A stretch of 64,000 bases of DNA, from positions 32,001-96,000 of the forward strand of contig JAOPTT010000012.1 in the NCBI GenBank assembly GCA_051531975.1. The letters are read 5' to 3'. Position 1 is the stretch's first letter, and every line of letters starts with the position of its first letter. Positions 49,453 to 60,554 of the stretch are shown here, piece by piece. Below the pieces are notes generated by a model, which saw only the letters and a program-made list of their open reading frames with translations, was not told the origin of the DNA and did no database searches. Position numbers and translations under genes: made by a program. The stretch is from Spirochaetaceae bacterium. Lineage in GTDB: Bacteria; Spirochaetota; Spirochaetia; DSM-2461.

Positions 49453-50457
49453 ATTATTAAAAATAGTTTTATACAAAATGTTGATAAAATAATAGACCGA
49501 ACTAAAATCTCAAATAAAATTGAACTTTCAAATAAAGTTGATGAAGTTATTAAAGTCCTGCTAAATGAAGCCTTAAGGCCTTTAGATAGCAGGGGTTTTT
49601 CAGGTGGTTTAATCGATTTAAATACTAATATACCTACAATTATAATACCAGATCTTCATGGTAGAGTTACTTTTATCAAAAATGTTTTAGAATTTAATAT
49701 AGGCAAATTTACTGTTCTGGAGTTATTAGGACGATCAGAAATACAGATTGTATGTGTTGGAGATGGTTTACACAGTGAAAAAAGAGGTAAAGATCGGTGG
49801 CTCTTAGCAGCAGAAGAGTATAAACAGAACTTTAGATTTCATAAATATATTGATGAAGAGATGTTAGAAGGCTTAAAATTAATGGAAATTATAATAGAAC
49901 TTAAAATTAACTTTCCTAATGTTTTTCACTTTTTAAAAGGAAACCATGAAAATATACTTAATGAAGAAGGTCAGGGTAACTATCCATTTGGAAAATTTAC
50001 ATCAGAAGGTGCGATTGCTAAATCTTGGTTTAGAAATTTTTATGATGAAGAGTTATTATATAAATATTCAAAATTTGAGAAACAACTACCACTTTTTGCC
50101 ATAGGTTTTAATTTTTTAATCTCCCATGCTGAACCTAAAAATAGTTATACAAGAGTAGAGTTAATTGATAGTTTAAATAACTCAGAGATAATATATAATT
50201 TGACATGGACTAGAGACCATGATGTTAATAGTGGAAGTGTAGAAGAAATGTTAAAAATATTTTCAGATGATGTTAAAAAGCAATTTTATTTTGCTGGTCA
50301 TAGCCCAATTAAAGGTTTATATAAACTAAAGGATAATGGATTAGTACAAATTCATAATCCAAATAAAATGGTAATAGTACTAACAAATATAGATAAAGAT
50401 ATAAACTTAGATAAGGATATCTTTGATCTTGAAAACAGTGGAGCCTTATATGGATAA
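49453..50457 (+). CDS. Calcineurin-like metallophosphoesterase; probable non-canonical ATT start
   Basis: The frame is open from 49450. PDLHG and VGDGLH lie upstream of the first ATG (49861); KGNHE, SHA and GHSP lie downstream. AAGGAG at 49441-49446. Confidence 0.8.
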   Translation: MIKNSFIQNVDKIIDRTKISNKIELSNKVDEVIKVLLNEALRPLDSRGFSGGLIDLNTNIPTIIIPDLHGRVTFIKNVLEFNIGKFTVLELLGRSEIQIVCVGDGLHSEKRGKDRWLLAAEEYKQNFRFHKYIDEEMLEGLKLMEIIIELKINFPNVFHFLKGNHENILNEEGQGNYPFGKFTSEGAIAKSWFRNFYDEELLYKYSKFEKQLPLFAIGFNFLISHAEPKNSYTRVELIDSLNNSEIIYNLTWTRDHDVNSGSVEEMLKIFSDDVKKQFYFAGHSPIKGLYKLKDNGLVQIHNPNKMVIVLTNIDKDINLDKDIFDLENSGALYG

Positions 50458-52318
50458 TATTCCCTCTCAGATTGGTAAATATAAAATAGTTGAATTAATT
50501 GCTAAAGGTGGAATGGGCGCTGTTTATAAAGGTATACATCCAACTTTAGATCGATACGTTATTTTAAAAAAATTAACCCTAAAAGACAATGACGAATTTA
50601 TACAGAGATTTAATAGAGAAGCAAGAATAATGATGGATTTTAAAAATGACAACATTGTAGATGTCTATGATCATTTTAAAGAGAAAAAATCATATTATAT
50701 TGTTTTAGAATATGTTGATGGTATAGCCTTAGATGCTTTTATATTAAAAGAGGGTAGAGTAGAAAACGATTTGGCTTTATATATTATTTTAGAAATTTCA
50801 AAAGCACTGAAATACGCCCATAATAAAGGTGTTGTCCACAGAGATATTAAACCTGCAAATATTTTATTAGCTAAAGATGGAGGAATAAAACTTGTAGATT
50901 TTGGAATAGCTATATCAGATGAAGAATTTGAAGAGGATTTAACTACAATTGGGATGACCTTAGGTACTCCATCTTATATGGCTCCAGAACAGTTTGAAAA
51001 TAGTAAAAATGTTGATAAAAGAGCAGATATATACTCTCTAGGTGTAATGTTATTTGAGATGGTAACTGGTGAAAAACCGTATCCATCAGGATTAACTCCT
51101 AGCTGTATAGCCAAAATTCAGAAAGGTAAAAGAAAATCCGCTAAAAAGCTAAATAAAAGTATTAATTATTTAGTTATGTATTACATTAGAAATCTCATGC
51201 ATCATAATATAAAAAAAAGAACACAAGATTTAGAGATCGTCATTTCTAAATTAAAAAGATATTTTAATAACCAAAAAATGGATATTTACAAAACACGGTT
51301 ATCAGATACTGTATGTGGAAATGAAACAACAGAACTGCCAGTAGTAAAAAAAAGGAAATATATAATTCCAATAATATGCTCTGTTCTCTTCATTTTGCTT
51401 TTAGGTTTCTGGGGGTATAAAACATTAGAGTATGAGTTTTTTAAAGTGAACAGTTATGGTGCTGTGCAAATTAATTTAAGTGTTAATAAGAGTTATTATA
51501 AAGAAATTGATGAAATTTATATAAAGAGTAAACTTTTTATTGAAAATGGAACAAAATTGGATCTTTTACCAGATTCAAATTATCAATTTGATATAAAAGC
51601 TGAAAGTGATACTTTGGATTTCAACTATAAAACAAAAAAAATATATCTACCTGTCGGTTTTTATCGATACAAGGTTATGGTTGATGGAAACCTATTTTGG
51701 CTTAATTTTCAAATTTTATCACTAAAAAAACAGAGACTAAATCCTGAAACATTAAATGGTTTGATTTTAGACATGAAACATACTGAACCAGAGCAACTGC
51801 CATTTCATCCCGAGATCAGTGTTATAGATCAGATAACTAGAATCGATATAACTGAGGAAGCAACAGTGTATATTCAAAAAAATATGAAGTTTGAGAAGTT
51901 TAATAAAGATGATAAAAGTTTAAGGACTGGACAAACTCATTATTTCCAAATAAGTAAAAAAGGTTACTATTTAAAAGATTATATATTAAAAATTAGTCCT
52001 GATCAGACAGACTTAGAGCTAAGAGTAGAACTTTTTCCTAAACCTGGAGAAATAATCATTGAAACTAATCAACCTAGTATTAAACTTAAGATTGATAATA
52101 AAAAATATTATACTAAAGCTGATTTGACTCAAGAGTTAATATATCTTAGTAAAATAAAAGATGTTAGGCAAATTATGTTAACTGTTGGAACTCATAATTT
52201 ACTATTTTATTATAAAGGTAACGTTATTGAGTATGATGTTCTTATTGAGCCTGGTAAGACACAGTCCATAACTGTTAACTATAATTTAGAAAATAGGTCT
52301 ATGAGTATAATGGAATAG
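50450..52318 (+). CDS. Hanks-type Ser/Thr protein kinase with TM and extracytoplasmic PEGA-like region
   Basis: Motifs KGGMGAVY, HRDIKPAN, DFGIA, GTPSYMAPEQ and DIYSLG; a TM follows the kinase domain. ATG 50450 follows GGAG. Confidence 0.93.
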   Translation: MDNIPSQIGKYKIVELIAKGGMGAVYKGIHPTLDRYVILKKLTLKDNDEFIQRFNREARIMMDFKNDNIVDVYDHFKEKKSYYIVLEYVDGIALDAFILKEGRVENDLALYIILEISKALKYAHNKGVVHRDIKPANILLAKDGGIKLVDFGIAISDEEFEEDLTTIGMTLGTPSYMAPEQFENSKNVDKRADIYSLGVMLFEMVTGEKPYPSGLTPSCIAKIQKGKRKSAKKLNKSINYLVMYYIRNLMHHNIKKRTQDLEIVISKLKRYFNNQKMDIYKTRLSDTVCGNETTELPVVKKRKYIIPIICSVLFILLLGFWGYKTLEYEFFKVNSYGAVQINLSVNKSYYKEIDEIYIKSKLFIENGTKLDLLPDSNYQFDIKAESDTLDFNYKTKKIYLPVGFYRYKVMVDGNLFWLNFQILSLKKQRLNPETLNGLILDMKHTEPEQLPFHPEISVIDQITRIDITEEATVYIQKNMKFEKFNKDDKSLRTGQTHYFQISKKGYYLKDYILKISPDQTDLELRVELFPKPGEIIIETNQPSIKLKIDNKKYYTKADLTQELIYLSKIKDVRQIMLTVGTHNLLFYYKGNVIEYDVLIEPGKTQSITVNYNLENRSMSIME

Positions 52319-52331
52319 AAAAGGAAGATGA

Positions 52332-55300
52332 ATGTTAGAACTTTCAGAAAGTGAGATTATTAAACAAGTTCTTTTTTATGTAACCAATATTGGTCGAAAT
52401 GGAGATCAAGAAGATTTTTTTAAATCTTTAGCAAAGTACTTAGGAAATAATCTTAATTTTGAGCACGTGATTATAAATAAATTATTACATGGGCATAGAG
52501 TTGAAAGTCTGGCGATGTATTCCAACGGATCAATAGTTCCTAATATTGGGTATAGTTTAAAAGATACCCCATGTGAAAATGTAATAACTACAGATATCTG
52601 TGTATATAATGAAAATGTTCAAGAATCGTTTCCTAAAGATTATATCTTAGTTAATATGGGAGTAAAAAGTTATATTGGAGTCCCTCTATTTAGCTCAAAC
52701 GGTGAAGCAATTGGTTTAATTGCACTTCTAAGTACAAAAAAGATAGAAAACCAAGACTTAATTCAATCATTATTGCAAATATCTGCCTCCAGGGCATCTC
52801 AAGAATTAGAGCAAACGATTAATAAGCAGGAACTTCAAAATACAATTAATGAGTTAGATTGTTTATATGCAATATCCAGGATATCTGTTCGGGATGATCT
52901 TACTATAGAAAAGTTTTTTAATAAGGTATTAACAATTATATTAAATAGTTGGCAATTCTCTGAGAAAGCGACCTGTAGAATAATTTGGGATGATAAATCA
53001 TATAAATCAGAAAGTTTTAAAGAAAGTGAATGGAAAATTAATTCGACATTTAAGGTTAGAAATAGGACTCCAGGTTCATTAGAAGTTTTTTACAAAATTA
53101 AGCCTTTAAACCCTGTCAAAAAACTAAAGCACCCCAAAGAGAAGTTTTTATTAACTGAGATTAGTAAAGTAATTGGTAAGTTCATTGATAATAAAATGAG
53201 TGATGAAGCTTTAATTAGATATAAAAATCATTTAGAAGAGCTTGTTGAAGATAGAAGTAAAGAATTAGTTAAATTATCTATTGCAGTAGATGGTAGTCCA
53301 GCTTCAGTTTGTATTACCGATGCTAAAGGTAATATCGAGTATATAAATAGGAAGTTTGCTGAAATAACTGGTTATTCAGAAGAAGAAGTTATTGGGAAAA
53401 ACCCTAGAATATTAAATGCAAAAATACAAGAAAGTAACTATTACATAGATATGTGGAAGACAATAAGCAGTGGGAATGAGTGGCATGGAGAGTTTTGTAA
53501 TAGAACAAAAGAGGGTGATATATTTTGGGAATCTGTTTCTATTTCGCCAATTTATGATAGTGATGGAACTATAATAAACTATGTTGCAGTTAAAGAAGAA
53601 GTCACTCATAAAAGGCGAATGGAAGAAAATCTAAAAAAGAATAGCTACTTCTCACATATGGCTTTAGATCTATCTGATTCAGGCTTTTGGCATATGGATT
53701 ATATTAAATATTCTAAAAGATTTTATATTTCAAGTGGCCTTCTTGAAATCTTAGGTGTAATTCCAGAAGATCGAAAAGATTACCTTACAATAGAAGAGAT
53801 TATTCGTAATTTACTATATACAGATTTAAAGTATGGAGAAGTGTCAATTCATGGCTTTAAGATGGCTATTAAAAATTTAAACCGTAGATATGATTCTGTT
53901 TGGAAGTGGACTAGACAACTCGATAAAAAAATTATTTGGGTAAGAATTATTGCTGAAATTGTAATAAATGAAAATGGTGAGTTAACTGAAATATTTGGTG
54001 TTGGACGAGATATTACTAAACAGAGAAATACTGAATTAGAGGTTGCAAATAAAGAGAAGAACTTTAGAAATTTGTTTGAACAATCTATAGATGCTATCGT
54101 AATTATACATCCCAAAACCGGAATGTTTATCGATTGCAATCAGCGTGCTATAGACCTTTTTGGTATGAAATATAAAGATGATTTTATAGGATTCTCTCCA
54201 GATTTATTGTCTTCTACTAAAAAAAATGATAGTGACAATAGAACCGCTTTCTTAGAAAATGTACTTGAAAAAGTTAAAGAGAAAGGTAAAAAACCTTTTG
54301 AATATATGTATTTAAGAAAAACTGGTAAACCTTTTATATGCGATATACGTTTAGGAGAAGTTTTATATAATAACGAATCGTTGATACAGGTCATTATTAA
54401 AGATATAACACTTGAAAAGAAAAGTGAGATAGAATTATTAGCAGCAAAAGAGGCTGCTGAGACAGCTAATAGAGCCAAATCAACGTTTTTAGCAAATATG
54501 AGCCATGAGATAAGAACACCGATGAATGCAATCATTGGATTCACTGATATTTTATCAAAAGAGATCACAGATAGTAATCTAAAAGAATATGTGGAAGCTA
54601 TTCAATCTAGTGGAAAAACATTATTGGAGCTTATAAATGATATTTTAGATTTGTCTAAAATTGAAGCCGGTAAAATGAGTCTAAATATGTATAGTGTTGA
54701 GATACGGCATACCATAGATGATATAAAAGCTATGTTTTATACTAGTATTATCCGGAAGAAATTAAAGTTCAATTTAAATATTTTAGATGATGTTCCAAAA
54801 ATAATTGAAATTGATGAGTTAAGAATAAAGCAAGTTTTAATAAACTTAATTGGGAATGCTATTAAATTTACAAAAAAAGGTACTATTGAAGGTATTATTA
54901 GTGCTGAGAATTTTTCAGATGATTGTTTTGATCTGAAAATTGTAATTAATGACACAGGAATTGGAATTGCTAATAATAAATTAAAAATTATATTCAGTGA
55001 TTTTTCTCAAGAAGATGATAGTATTAATAGTAATTATGGAGGAACAGGTTTAGGTTTAAGTATTTCTAGAAGAATTATATCACTATTTAATGGAACAATT
55101 GATGTACTGAGTGATTCAGGAGTTGGGACTTCATTTTCTGTAACAATACCAAAACTTAAAATATCAAAATTAGAAGATAAAACAGTTAAAAATGTTATAG
55201 ATGTAGATAAAATAAAGTTTGATAAAGTAAAGGTTCTTGTTGTTGATGATATAGGAACTAATAGATTATTACTAAAAAATTATTTTAAATATTTTAATTT

Positions 55301-55595
55301 TGAAATCGTTATTGCTAAAAATGGAAAAGAAGCTATAGAAGCTGTAAATTTAGATAAACCAGATATTATATTTATGGATATAAGAATGCCAGTTATGAAT
55401 GGATACGAAGCAACTAAAATTATTAAAAGCAAAGCAGAAGACATTCCTATTATAGCTTGTACTGCTTCTGTATATCATGAATCTTCAGAATATATTATTG
55501 AAGCCGGCTTTGATGGATGTCTAAGAAAACCTATATTAATAGATGATGTAATAGCGGAACTCTCTAAATATATAAACTTTACTAATAAAAACTAA
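52332..55595 (+). CDS. Cytoplasmic GAF-PAS hybrid histidine kinase
   Basis: GAF (LKDTPCENV, SYIGVPL); three PAS domains; FLANMSHEIRTPMN; GGTGLGL; receiver DIRMP. Confidence 0.94.
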   Translation: MLELSESEIIKQVLFYVTNIGRNGDQEDFFKSLAKYLGNNLNFEHVIINKLLHGHRVESLAMYSNGSIVPNIGYSLKDTPCENVITTDICVYNENVQESFPKDYILVNMGVKSYIGVPLFSSNGEAIGLIALLSTKKIENQDLIQSLLQISASRASQELEQTINKQELQNTINELDCLYAISRISVRDDLTIEKFFNKVLTIILNSWQFSEKATCRIIWDDKSYKSESFKESEWKINSTFKVRNRTPGSLEVFYKIKPLNPVKKLKHPKEKFLLTEISKVIGKFIDNKMSDEALIRYKNHLEELVEDRSKELVKLSIAVDGSPASVCITDAKGNIEYINRKFAEITGYSEEEVIGKNPRILNAKIQESNYYIDMWKTISSGNEWHGEFCNRTKEGDIFWESVSISPIYDSDGTIINYVAVKEEVTHKRRMEENLKKNSYFSHMALDLSDSGFWHMDYIKYSKRFYISSGLLEILGVIPEDRKDYLTIEEIIRNLLYTDLKYGEVSIHGFKMAIKNLNRRYDSVWKWTRQLDKKIIWVRIIAEIVINENGELTEIFGVGRDITKQRNTELEVANKEKNFRNLFEQSIDAIVIIHPKTGMFIDCNQRAIDLFGMKYKDDFIGFSPDLLSSTKKNDSDNRTAFLENVLEKVKEKGKKPFEYMYLRKTGKPFICDIRLGEVLYNNESLIQVIIKDITLEKKSEIELLAAKEAAETANRAKSTFLANMSHEIRTPMNAIIGFTDILSKEITDSNLKEYVEAIQSSGKTLLELINDILDLSKIEAGKMSLNMYSVEIRHTIDDIKAMFYTSIIRKKLKFNLNILDDVPKIIEIDELRIKQVLINLIGNAIKFTKKGTIEGIISAENFSDDCFDLKIVINDTGIGIANNKLKIIFSDFSQEDDSINSNYGGTGLGLSISRRIISLFNGTIDVLSDSGVGTSFSVTIPKLKISKLEDKTVKNVIDVDKIKFDKVKVLVVDDIGTNRLLLKNYFKYFNFEIVIAKNGKEAIEAVNLDKPDIIFMDIRMPVMNGYEATKIIKSKAEDIPIIACTASVYHESSEYIIEAGFDGCLRKPILIDDVIAELSKYINFTNKN

Positions 55596-55637
55596 TATTT
55601 ATTGGAATAATCAGTAAATATAGACAATAATTTATAT

Positions 55638-57743
55638 ATGTCAGTAAATAATATATTAAAAAAATTGAATGTTGTGTGCACAAATTTTTATGTTGGAGAT
55701 CTTTTAGCACTGTCTGAGATCCAAGATTATATTGTAGCATTACAAAAAGAAGAGTTATTAGATTGTATTGTTTCTGCTTTTGATGAAATTATAATTGTTT
55801 TAAATAACTTCCATGAAGTAGAAGATCAAGAATCATTTGTAAAAAAAATAACTGAATTATTAATTTTAATTGAGAGTAACCCGGAGGATATAGAAATATC
55901 TATTGAAGACTTAGATTTTAATAGTTATATAAAAGAACCGGTAATTGAAGTAGATACTAGGTTTGATAATATAATTCAGGAAACTGATATGTTAGAGAAA
56001 TTCTACGATGAAGCTACTGAGCATCTAAACAGTGCCCAGGTTGTTTTAGTCGATTTAGAATATGATCCTGAAAACGTCGAAAGTATAAATACTATTTTTA
56101 GAGCGTTTCATACAATTAAAGGTTCAGCAGCATTTTTAGGAGTTAAGAATGTTGAAGATGTTGCCCATGTTGTAGAGAACATGCTCTCTCTGGTTAGAGA
56201 TGGTAAACTAAAAATTAGTGGGCAATTAATTGACGTTATTTTTTATGGTATAAAGTTCTTAGAAGATCTTTTTAGAGTATTACCATCTTGCCAATACGAT
56301 ATACCTCGAGTTATTTCTAGCTATAAAACCATGGATACACAACCCCTCATAGCTTTAGTTGAAAAAATTGTAAAAGAGTCTTCGAAGAGAAAATTAGGTG
56401 AAATCCTTGAAGATATGGGTAAAATTGATAGCTCTATCGTAGGACAGATTTTACAAAAACAAGAAACTGAGGGTAAAAGATTTGGTGATATCTTAATTGA
56501 AGAAGAAATTATAACTCCAAAAGATATAGATGACGCCGTTAAAATTCAGAAAAAAGAGAAAATCCAATCCTCTTTTGTAAAAGTTCATGCATCAAAATTA
56601 AATGATCTAGTAGATATGGTTGGGGAACTTGTTGTTACTCAATCTATGATCTCTCAATCATCATTAGATTTAGAAAATAGTAATAACAGTCTTGATAAAA
56701 ACATCGATCAATTAATAACTATTAGTCGAAGTATTAAAAATATTGTTTTAGGTATGGGAATGGTCTCTATTGGGGAGGTTTTTAACAAACTTAAAGTTGT
56801 AATTAGAAATGCAAGCCGAGATGTTGGGAGGGTTATTAACGTTCAGTTAATTGGTGAAGACACTGAATTAGATAGAAATTTAATAGAGGCTATATATGAT
56901 CCACTTGTTCATATGGTTAGAAATTCAGTAGACCATGGTATCGAAGATGGTACTGATAGAGTAGCAAAAGGTAAAAGTGATGTTGGGCATATAACTATAA
57001 GTGCTACTCATAAAGGTAATGGTATAGAAGTAACTATAGAAGATGATGGAAAAGGTATTGATAAAGATATAGTTATTAAAAAAGCATTAGCTAAAGAGCT
57101 TATAAAAGAAGAAGAGGTCAGCTGGTATCATGAACACGAGCGAGAAGTTTTTATGTTACTGTTTGAACCAGGATTTTCAACTAAAGAAAACGTTTCAGAA
57201 TTATCAGGCCGAGGTGTTGGTCTTGATGTTGTCAAAAAAAATATAGAATCGGTTCGAGGTAAAATTGATATTCAAAGTACTCCAGATGAAGGAACCAAAT
57301 TCACTCTAAAATTACCTTTAACTCTAGCAATTATAGATGGTTTTGTTACTCAAGTTGATCATGGGAAGTATATTTTTCCATTCTCCTCTATTTCTGAAAT
57401 TATAGTACCAAAGGAAGGACAGATTGATGAAATGGATAGTGGTGAACTTATCTTAAAAAATAGAGATCAATTTATTCCAGTTTTTCAAGCTAATAAAATT
57501 ATAAATGAAGCTGGTTTAGTTAACCATGGTGATGTATCTATGGGAGTTGTCTTAATAATAACCCACGAAGGCAGCCAGTATGGTATAGGAGTAGATAAAG
57601 TTCTTGGTAAACAAGAAATAGTTATAAAAAGTTTAAATGAAGTTTTAAGAAATATGGAGTTATTCTCTGGTGGAACTATCTTTGGTGATGGTTCTATTGG
57701 TTTTGTAGTCGACATAGATAGCTTTCTTGAAAAATGTAATTAG
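55638..57743 (+). CDS. cheA: Chemotaxis histidine kinase CheA with MshEN-like insert
   Basis: P1 FRAFHTIKG, P3 LVDMVGELV, P4 HMVRNSVDHG and SGRGVGLDVV, P5 LPLTLAII. Confidence 0.96.
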   Translation: MSVNNILKKLNVVCTNFYVGDLLALSEIQDYIVALQKEELLDCIVSAFDEIIIVLNNFHEVEDQESFVKKITELLILIESNPEDIEISIEDLDFNSYIKEPVIEVDTRFDNIIQETDMLEKFYDEATEHLNSAQVVLVDLEYDPENVESINTIFRAFHTIKGSAAFLGVKNVEDVAHVVENMLSLVRDGKLKISGQLIDVIFYGIKFLEDLFRVLPSCQYDIPRVISSYKTMDTQPLIALVEKIVKESSKRKLGEILEDMGKIDSSIVGQILQKQETEGKRFGDILIEEEIITPKDIDDAVKIQKKEKIQSSFVKVHASKLNDLVDMVGELVVTQSMISQSSLDLENSNNSLDKNIDQLITISRSIKNIVLGMGMVSIGEVFNKLKVVIRNASRDVGRVINVQLIGEDTELDRNLIEAIYDPLVHMVRNSVDHGIEDGTDRVAKGKSDVGHITISATHKGNGIEVTIEDDGKGIDKDIVIKKALAKELIKEEEVSWYHEHEREVFMLLFEPGFSTKENVSELSGRGVGLDVVKKNIESVRGKIDIQSTPDEGTKFTLKLPLTLAIIDGFVTQVDHGKYIFPFSSISEIIVPKEGQIDEMDSGELILKNRDQFIPVFQANKIINEAGLVNHGDVSMGVVLIITHEGSQYGIGVDKVLGKQEIVIKSLNEVLRNMELFSGGTIFGDGSIGFVVDIDSFLEKCN

Positions 57744-57752
57744 GAGAATCCT

Positions 57753-58118
57753 GTGGGAATATGTATTGTAGACGATTCAGAAATAAGTCGTGAAGTAATT
57801 AAAAGATCTTTAAAAATGTACAAACACGATTTAGCGTTGGAAGCAATTGATGGAATTGATGCATTAGAAAAAATTAAAAAATATACAGGCAAGATTGACC
57901 TCTATGTATTAGATGTTAATATGCCTAATATGGATGGTATTACACTTATTGGAGAGATAAGAAAGTTTGACTTAAATACTCCAATAATAATGTTAACAAC
58001 TGAAACAGATAAAAGTAAAATGAGTATTGCTAAAGAGAAGGGTGCTTCTGGGTGGGTTGTAAAACCATTTGATGCAGAAAAATTTAATAAAATAATTAAT
58101 ATGGTATTGGTAAAGTAG
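57753..58118 (+). CDS. cheY: CheY-like response regulator
   Basis: Motifs IVDDS, DVNMPNMDG, MLTTE and KPF; lies in the che operon. Confidence 0.9.
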   Translation: MGICIVDDSEISREVIKRSLKMYKHDLALEAIDGIDALEKIKKYTGKIDLYVLDVNMPNMDGITLIGEIRKFDLNTPIIMLTTETDKSKMSIAKEKGASGWVVKPFDAEKFNKIINMVLVK

Positions 58119-58127
58119 GAGGATTAT

Positions 58128-60059
58128 ATGGCAAAAAAAACAACACTGCCTTTAGCAGTAAAAATTGTAGGGATAACAGCTATTTTAATAGTATTAGTAT
58201 TAGCTATTATTATTATGTTTTCATCTAATGATATCGATGAACACATTTTAGAAGAGGAAGAGCATAATATAACTAAAATGAATGATACAGCAGAAGATCT
58301 TATTAGTGCTGAGATAAAAAGTATACTTTATCAAATAAGTTTATCATCGGAACATGAACTTCTGATAGAAGACATTGTTGAAAATGATAATAAAAAATTA
58401 ATTAATTATGCTAGTTCTGTTATTGATATGTCTGAATTTATTAGTGAAATTTATATTACTAATGAAAAAGGTGATTTTTTAGGAAGTTATCCTACAGAAT
58501 CTTTAGTTGGCCAAAATATTAATGAATTTAAACATTGGAACGGAATGCTGGCTCATTCAAAAAAAGATAACAGGTCTATTTACAAAAAAGATAATGGGAA
58601 ACCAACTTTTGAAGATGTTTTTATTAGTAACCCATATATGGATGAACATACTGGAGATATGGTGTTCTCAGTTAGCTCTCCATCTTTATTACATAGTGAA
58701 GTTATTGGAATTTTAATATTCGAAATTGATATTAGGTTATTATACGATAGATATTTGGAAGATAAAGCGTTTGGTGCAAGAGGATATATGTTTCTTTCGG
58801 ATGTTGATGGTACATTTTTAGCCCATAAAAATGAAGATTTAGATGGTCAAGATTTTAGTCATGATTCATTTATGCAAAAAATCATTAAAATGCTTGGAGA
58901 TGGTATAAAAGAAGGGCATATCGATTATCTTTGGGAAGGCGAAGATAAATCTTTAGCTTATGATATAATAGATAATGTTGATTGGTTTCTAGCAACAACC
59001 GTTTATGATGAAGATTTAAGAGTTTTATCAAAGACCCTCACAAAAGATATGATAGTTATTAGTGGTATTTCATTAATTGTAATAATAATTTTGATTATAT
59101 TTGCTATCACAATATTTCTTTCTAAACCAGTTAATAAGGTAACAGTTAAGCTAACTGAAAGTTCAGTAAATCTAGAATCAGCTAGTCAGCAGATTGCAGC
59201 ATCTTCTCAGCAACTGTCTTCAGGGAATTCAGAACTTGCTGCTAGTATCGAAGAGATAACAAGTTCATTAGAAGAGTTACAATCTGTAATAGAGTTAAAT
59301 ACTAAAAATATAAATGAGAGTGAACTGCTAATGAAGGAAACAAATGCTAACTCTCAAAAAGTATCTACAGATATGGTTGATCTATCAGGTGCTCTTACTG
59401 AAATAGGTGATAATAGTGAAGAGATTGTAAATATTGTAAAAGTAATTGAGGATATTGCATTTCAAACTAATATATTAGCATTAAATGCAGCTGTTGAAGC
59501 AGGTAGGGCAGGTGAAGCTGGTTCTGGTTTCGCTGTTGTTGCTGATCAAGTTAAAGAGCTTGCACAGAAGAGTTCTGACTCTGCAAAAGAGACTGCTAAA
59601 CTGATAAAAACTGCAATTGATAGTATCTCCCGGGGACAGGAAATTGGTAAGTCAGTTAAAAGTGCTCAAGATAAAACTGGTGAAATGTCATCTAATGTCA
59701 CTGTACTGTTAAATGAAGTAAATAGAGCAAGTAAAGAACAGATGAAAGGAATAAATCAGATAACTCAAGCTATAACTCAAACTAACTCAGTAGTTCAACA
59801 AACTGCAGCAAGTGCAGAAGAAACTGCTTCAGCAAGTGAGGAATTGTTAGGGCAGTCTGAAGATATGAATGATGTTGTTAATGTTCTTAATAAAATTGTT
59901 AAAGGTGTTGAGTTAGATAGTTCAGCTTTAAGAAGTAGGGCTAATACAACTAATAAAGTAGAAAGAACTGTTAATAAAACAGTAATTCAAAAGACACCTG
60001 ATAGCGGTTTTAATCCTGATGATATTATACCGATGAACGATGATTTTAAAGAATTTTAA
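58128..60059 (+). CDS. Methyl-accepting chemotaxis protein (dCache sensor, C-terminal pentapeptide DFKEF)
   Basis: Two TMs; signalling tip [16 protein letters not shown]...GFAVVA. Confidence 0.95.
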   Translation: MAKKTTLPLAVKIVGITAILIVLVLAIIIMFSSNDIDEHILEEEEHNITKMNDTAEDLISAEIKSILYQISLSSEHELLIEDIVENDNKKLINYASSVIDMSEFISEIYITNEKGDFLGSYPTESLVGQNINEFKHWNGMLAHSKKDNRSIYKKDNGKPTFEDVFISNPYMDEHTGDMVFSVSSPSLLHSEVIGILIFEIDIRLLYDRYLEDKAFGARGYMFLSDVDGTFLAHKNEDLDGQDFSHDSFMQKIIKMLGDGIKEGHIDYLWEGEDKSLAYDIIDNVDWFLATTVYDEDLRVLSKTLTKDMIVISGISLIVIIILIIFAITIFLSKPVNKVTVKLTESSVNLESASQQIAASSQQLSSGNSELAASIEEITSSLEELQSVIELNTKNINESELLMKETNANSQKVSTDMVDLSGALTEIGDNSEEIVNIVKVIEDIAFQTNILALNAAVEAGRAGEAGSGFAVVADQVKELAQKSSDSAKETAKLIKTAIDSISRGQEIGKSVKSAQDKTGEMSSNVTVLLNEVNRASKEQMKGINQITQAITQTNSVVQQTAASAEETASASEELLGQSEDMNDVVNVLNKIVKGVELDSSALRSRANTTNKVERTVNKTVIQKTPDSGFNPDDIIPMNDDFKEF

Positions 60060-60068
60060 GGAGATTAT

Positions 60069-60554
60069 ATGATACATAGTAAATATCTTCTATTTTCTGT
60101 TAGTAATGAACACTACGGGATTCCTATAGAGAAGGTGAAAGAGATAATTAGATACGAACCAATTAGTCCTGTTCATGACTCACTAGAATATGTTAAGGGT
60201 GTAATCAATTTAAAAGGTAAGATTGTTCCAGTATTTGATTTAAAACTTAAGTTTGGAATGGAAGCAAAAGAGTATACAAGTACAACAGTATTTATAATTA
60301 CAGATATAATTGGAACAGCAGGAGATTTTAATGTTGCTTTAGTTGTTGATGCTGTTCAAGAGGTTAGTATTATAAACTCAGATGATGTGAAAGAACCTCC
60401 ACAAATGGGTCTTAAGATTAAAACTCACTTTTTGAAAGGAATTTATAGACATAAAGAGAATATGGTTATGTTGTTAAATATTGATGAGATAATAAAAGAA
60501 GAAGCTATTCTTAAGTTAACGGAAGATGTATATGATAAAAGTTCTGATAGTTGA
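60069..60554 (+). CDS. cheW: CheW adaptor
   Basis: Motifs YGIPIEKVKEI, GVINLKGKIVPV and LVVDAV. Confidence 0.95.
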   Translation: MIHSKYLLFSVSNEHYGIPIEKVKEIIRYEPISPVHDSLEYVKGVINLKGKIVPVFDLKLKFGMEAKEYTSTTVFIITDIIGTAGDFNVALVVDAVQEVSIINSDDVKEPPQMGLKIKTHFLKGIYRHKENMVMLLNIDEIIKEEAILKLTEDVYDKSSDS

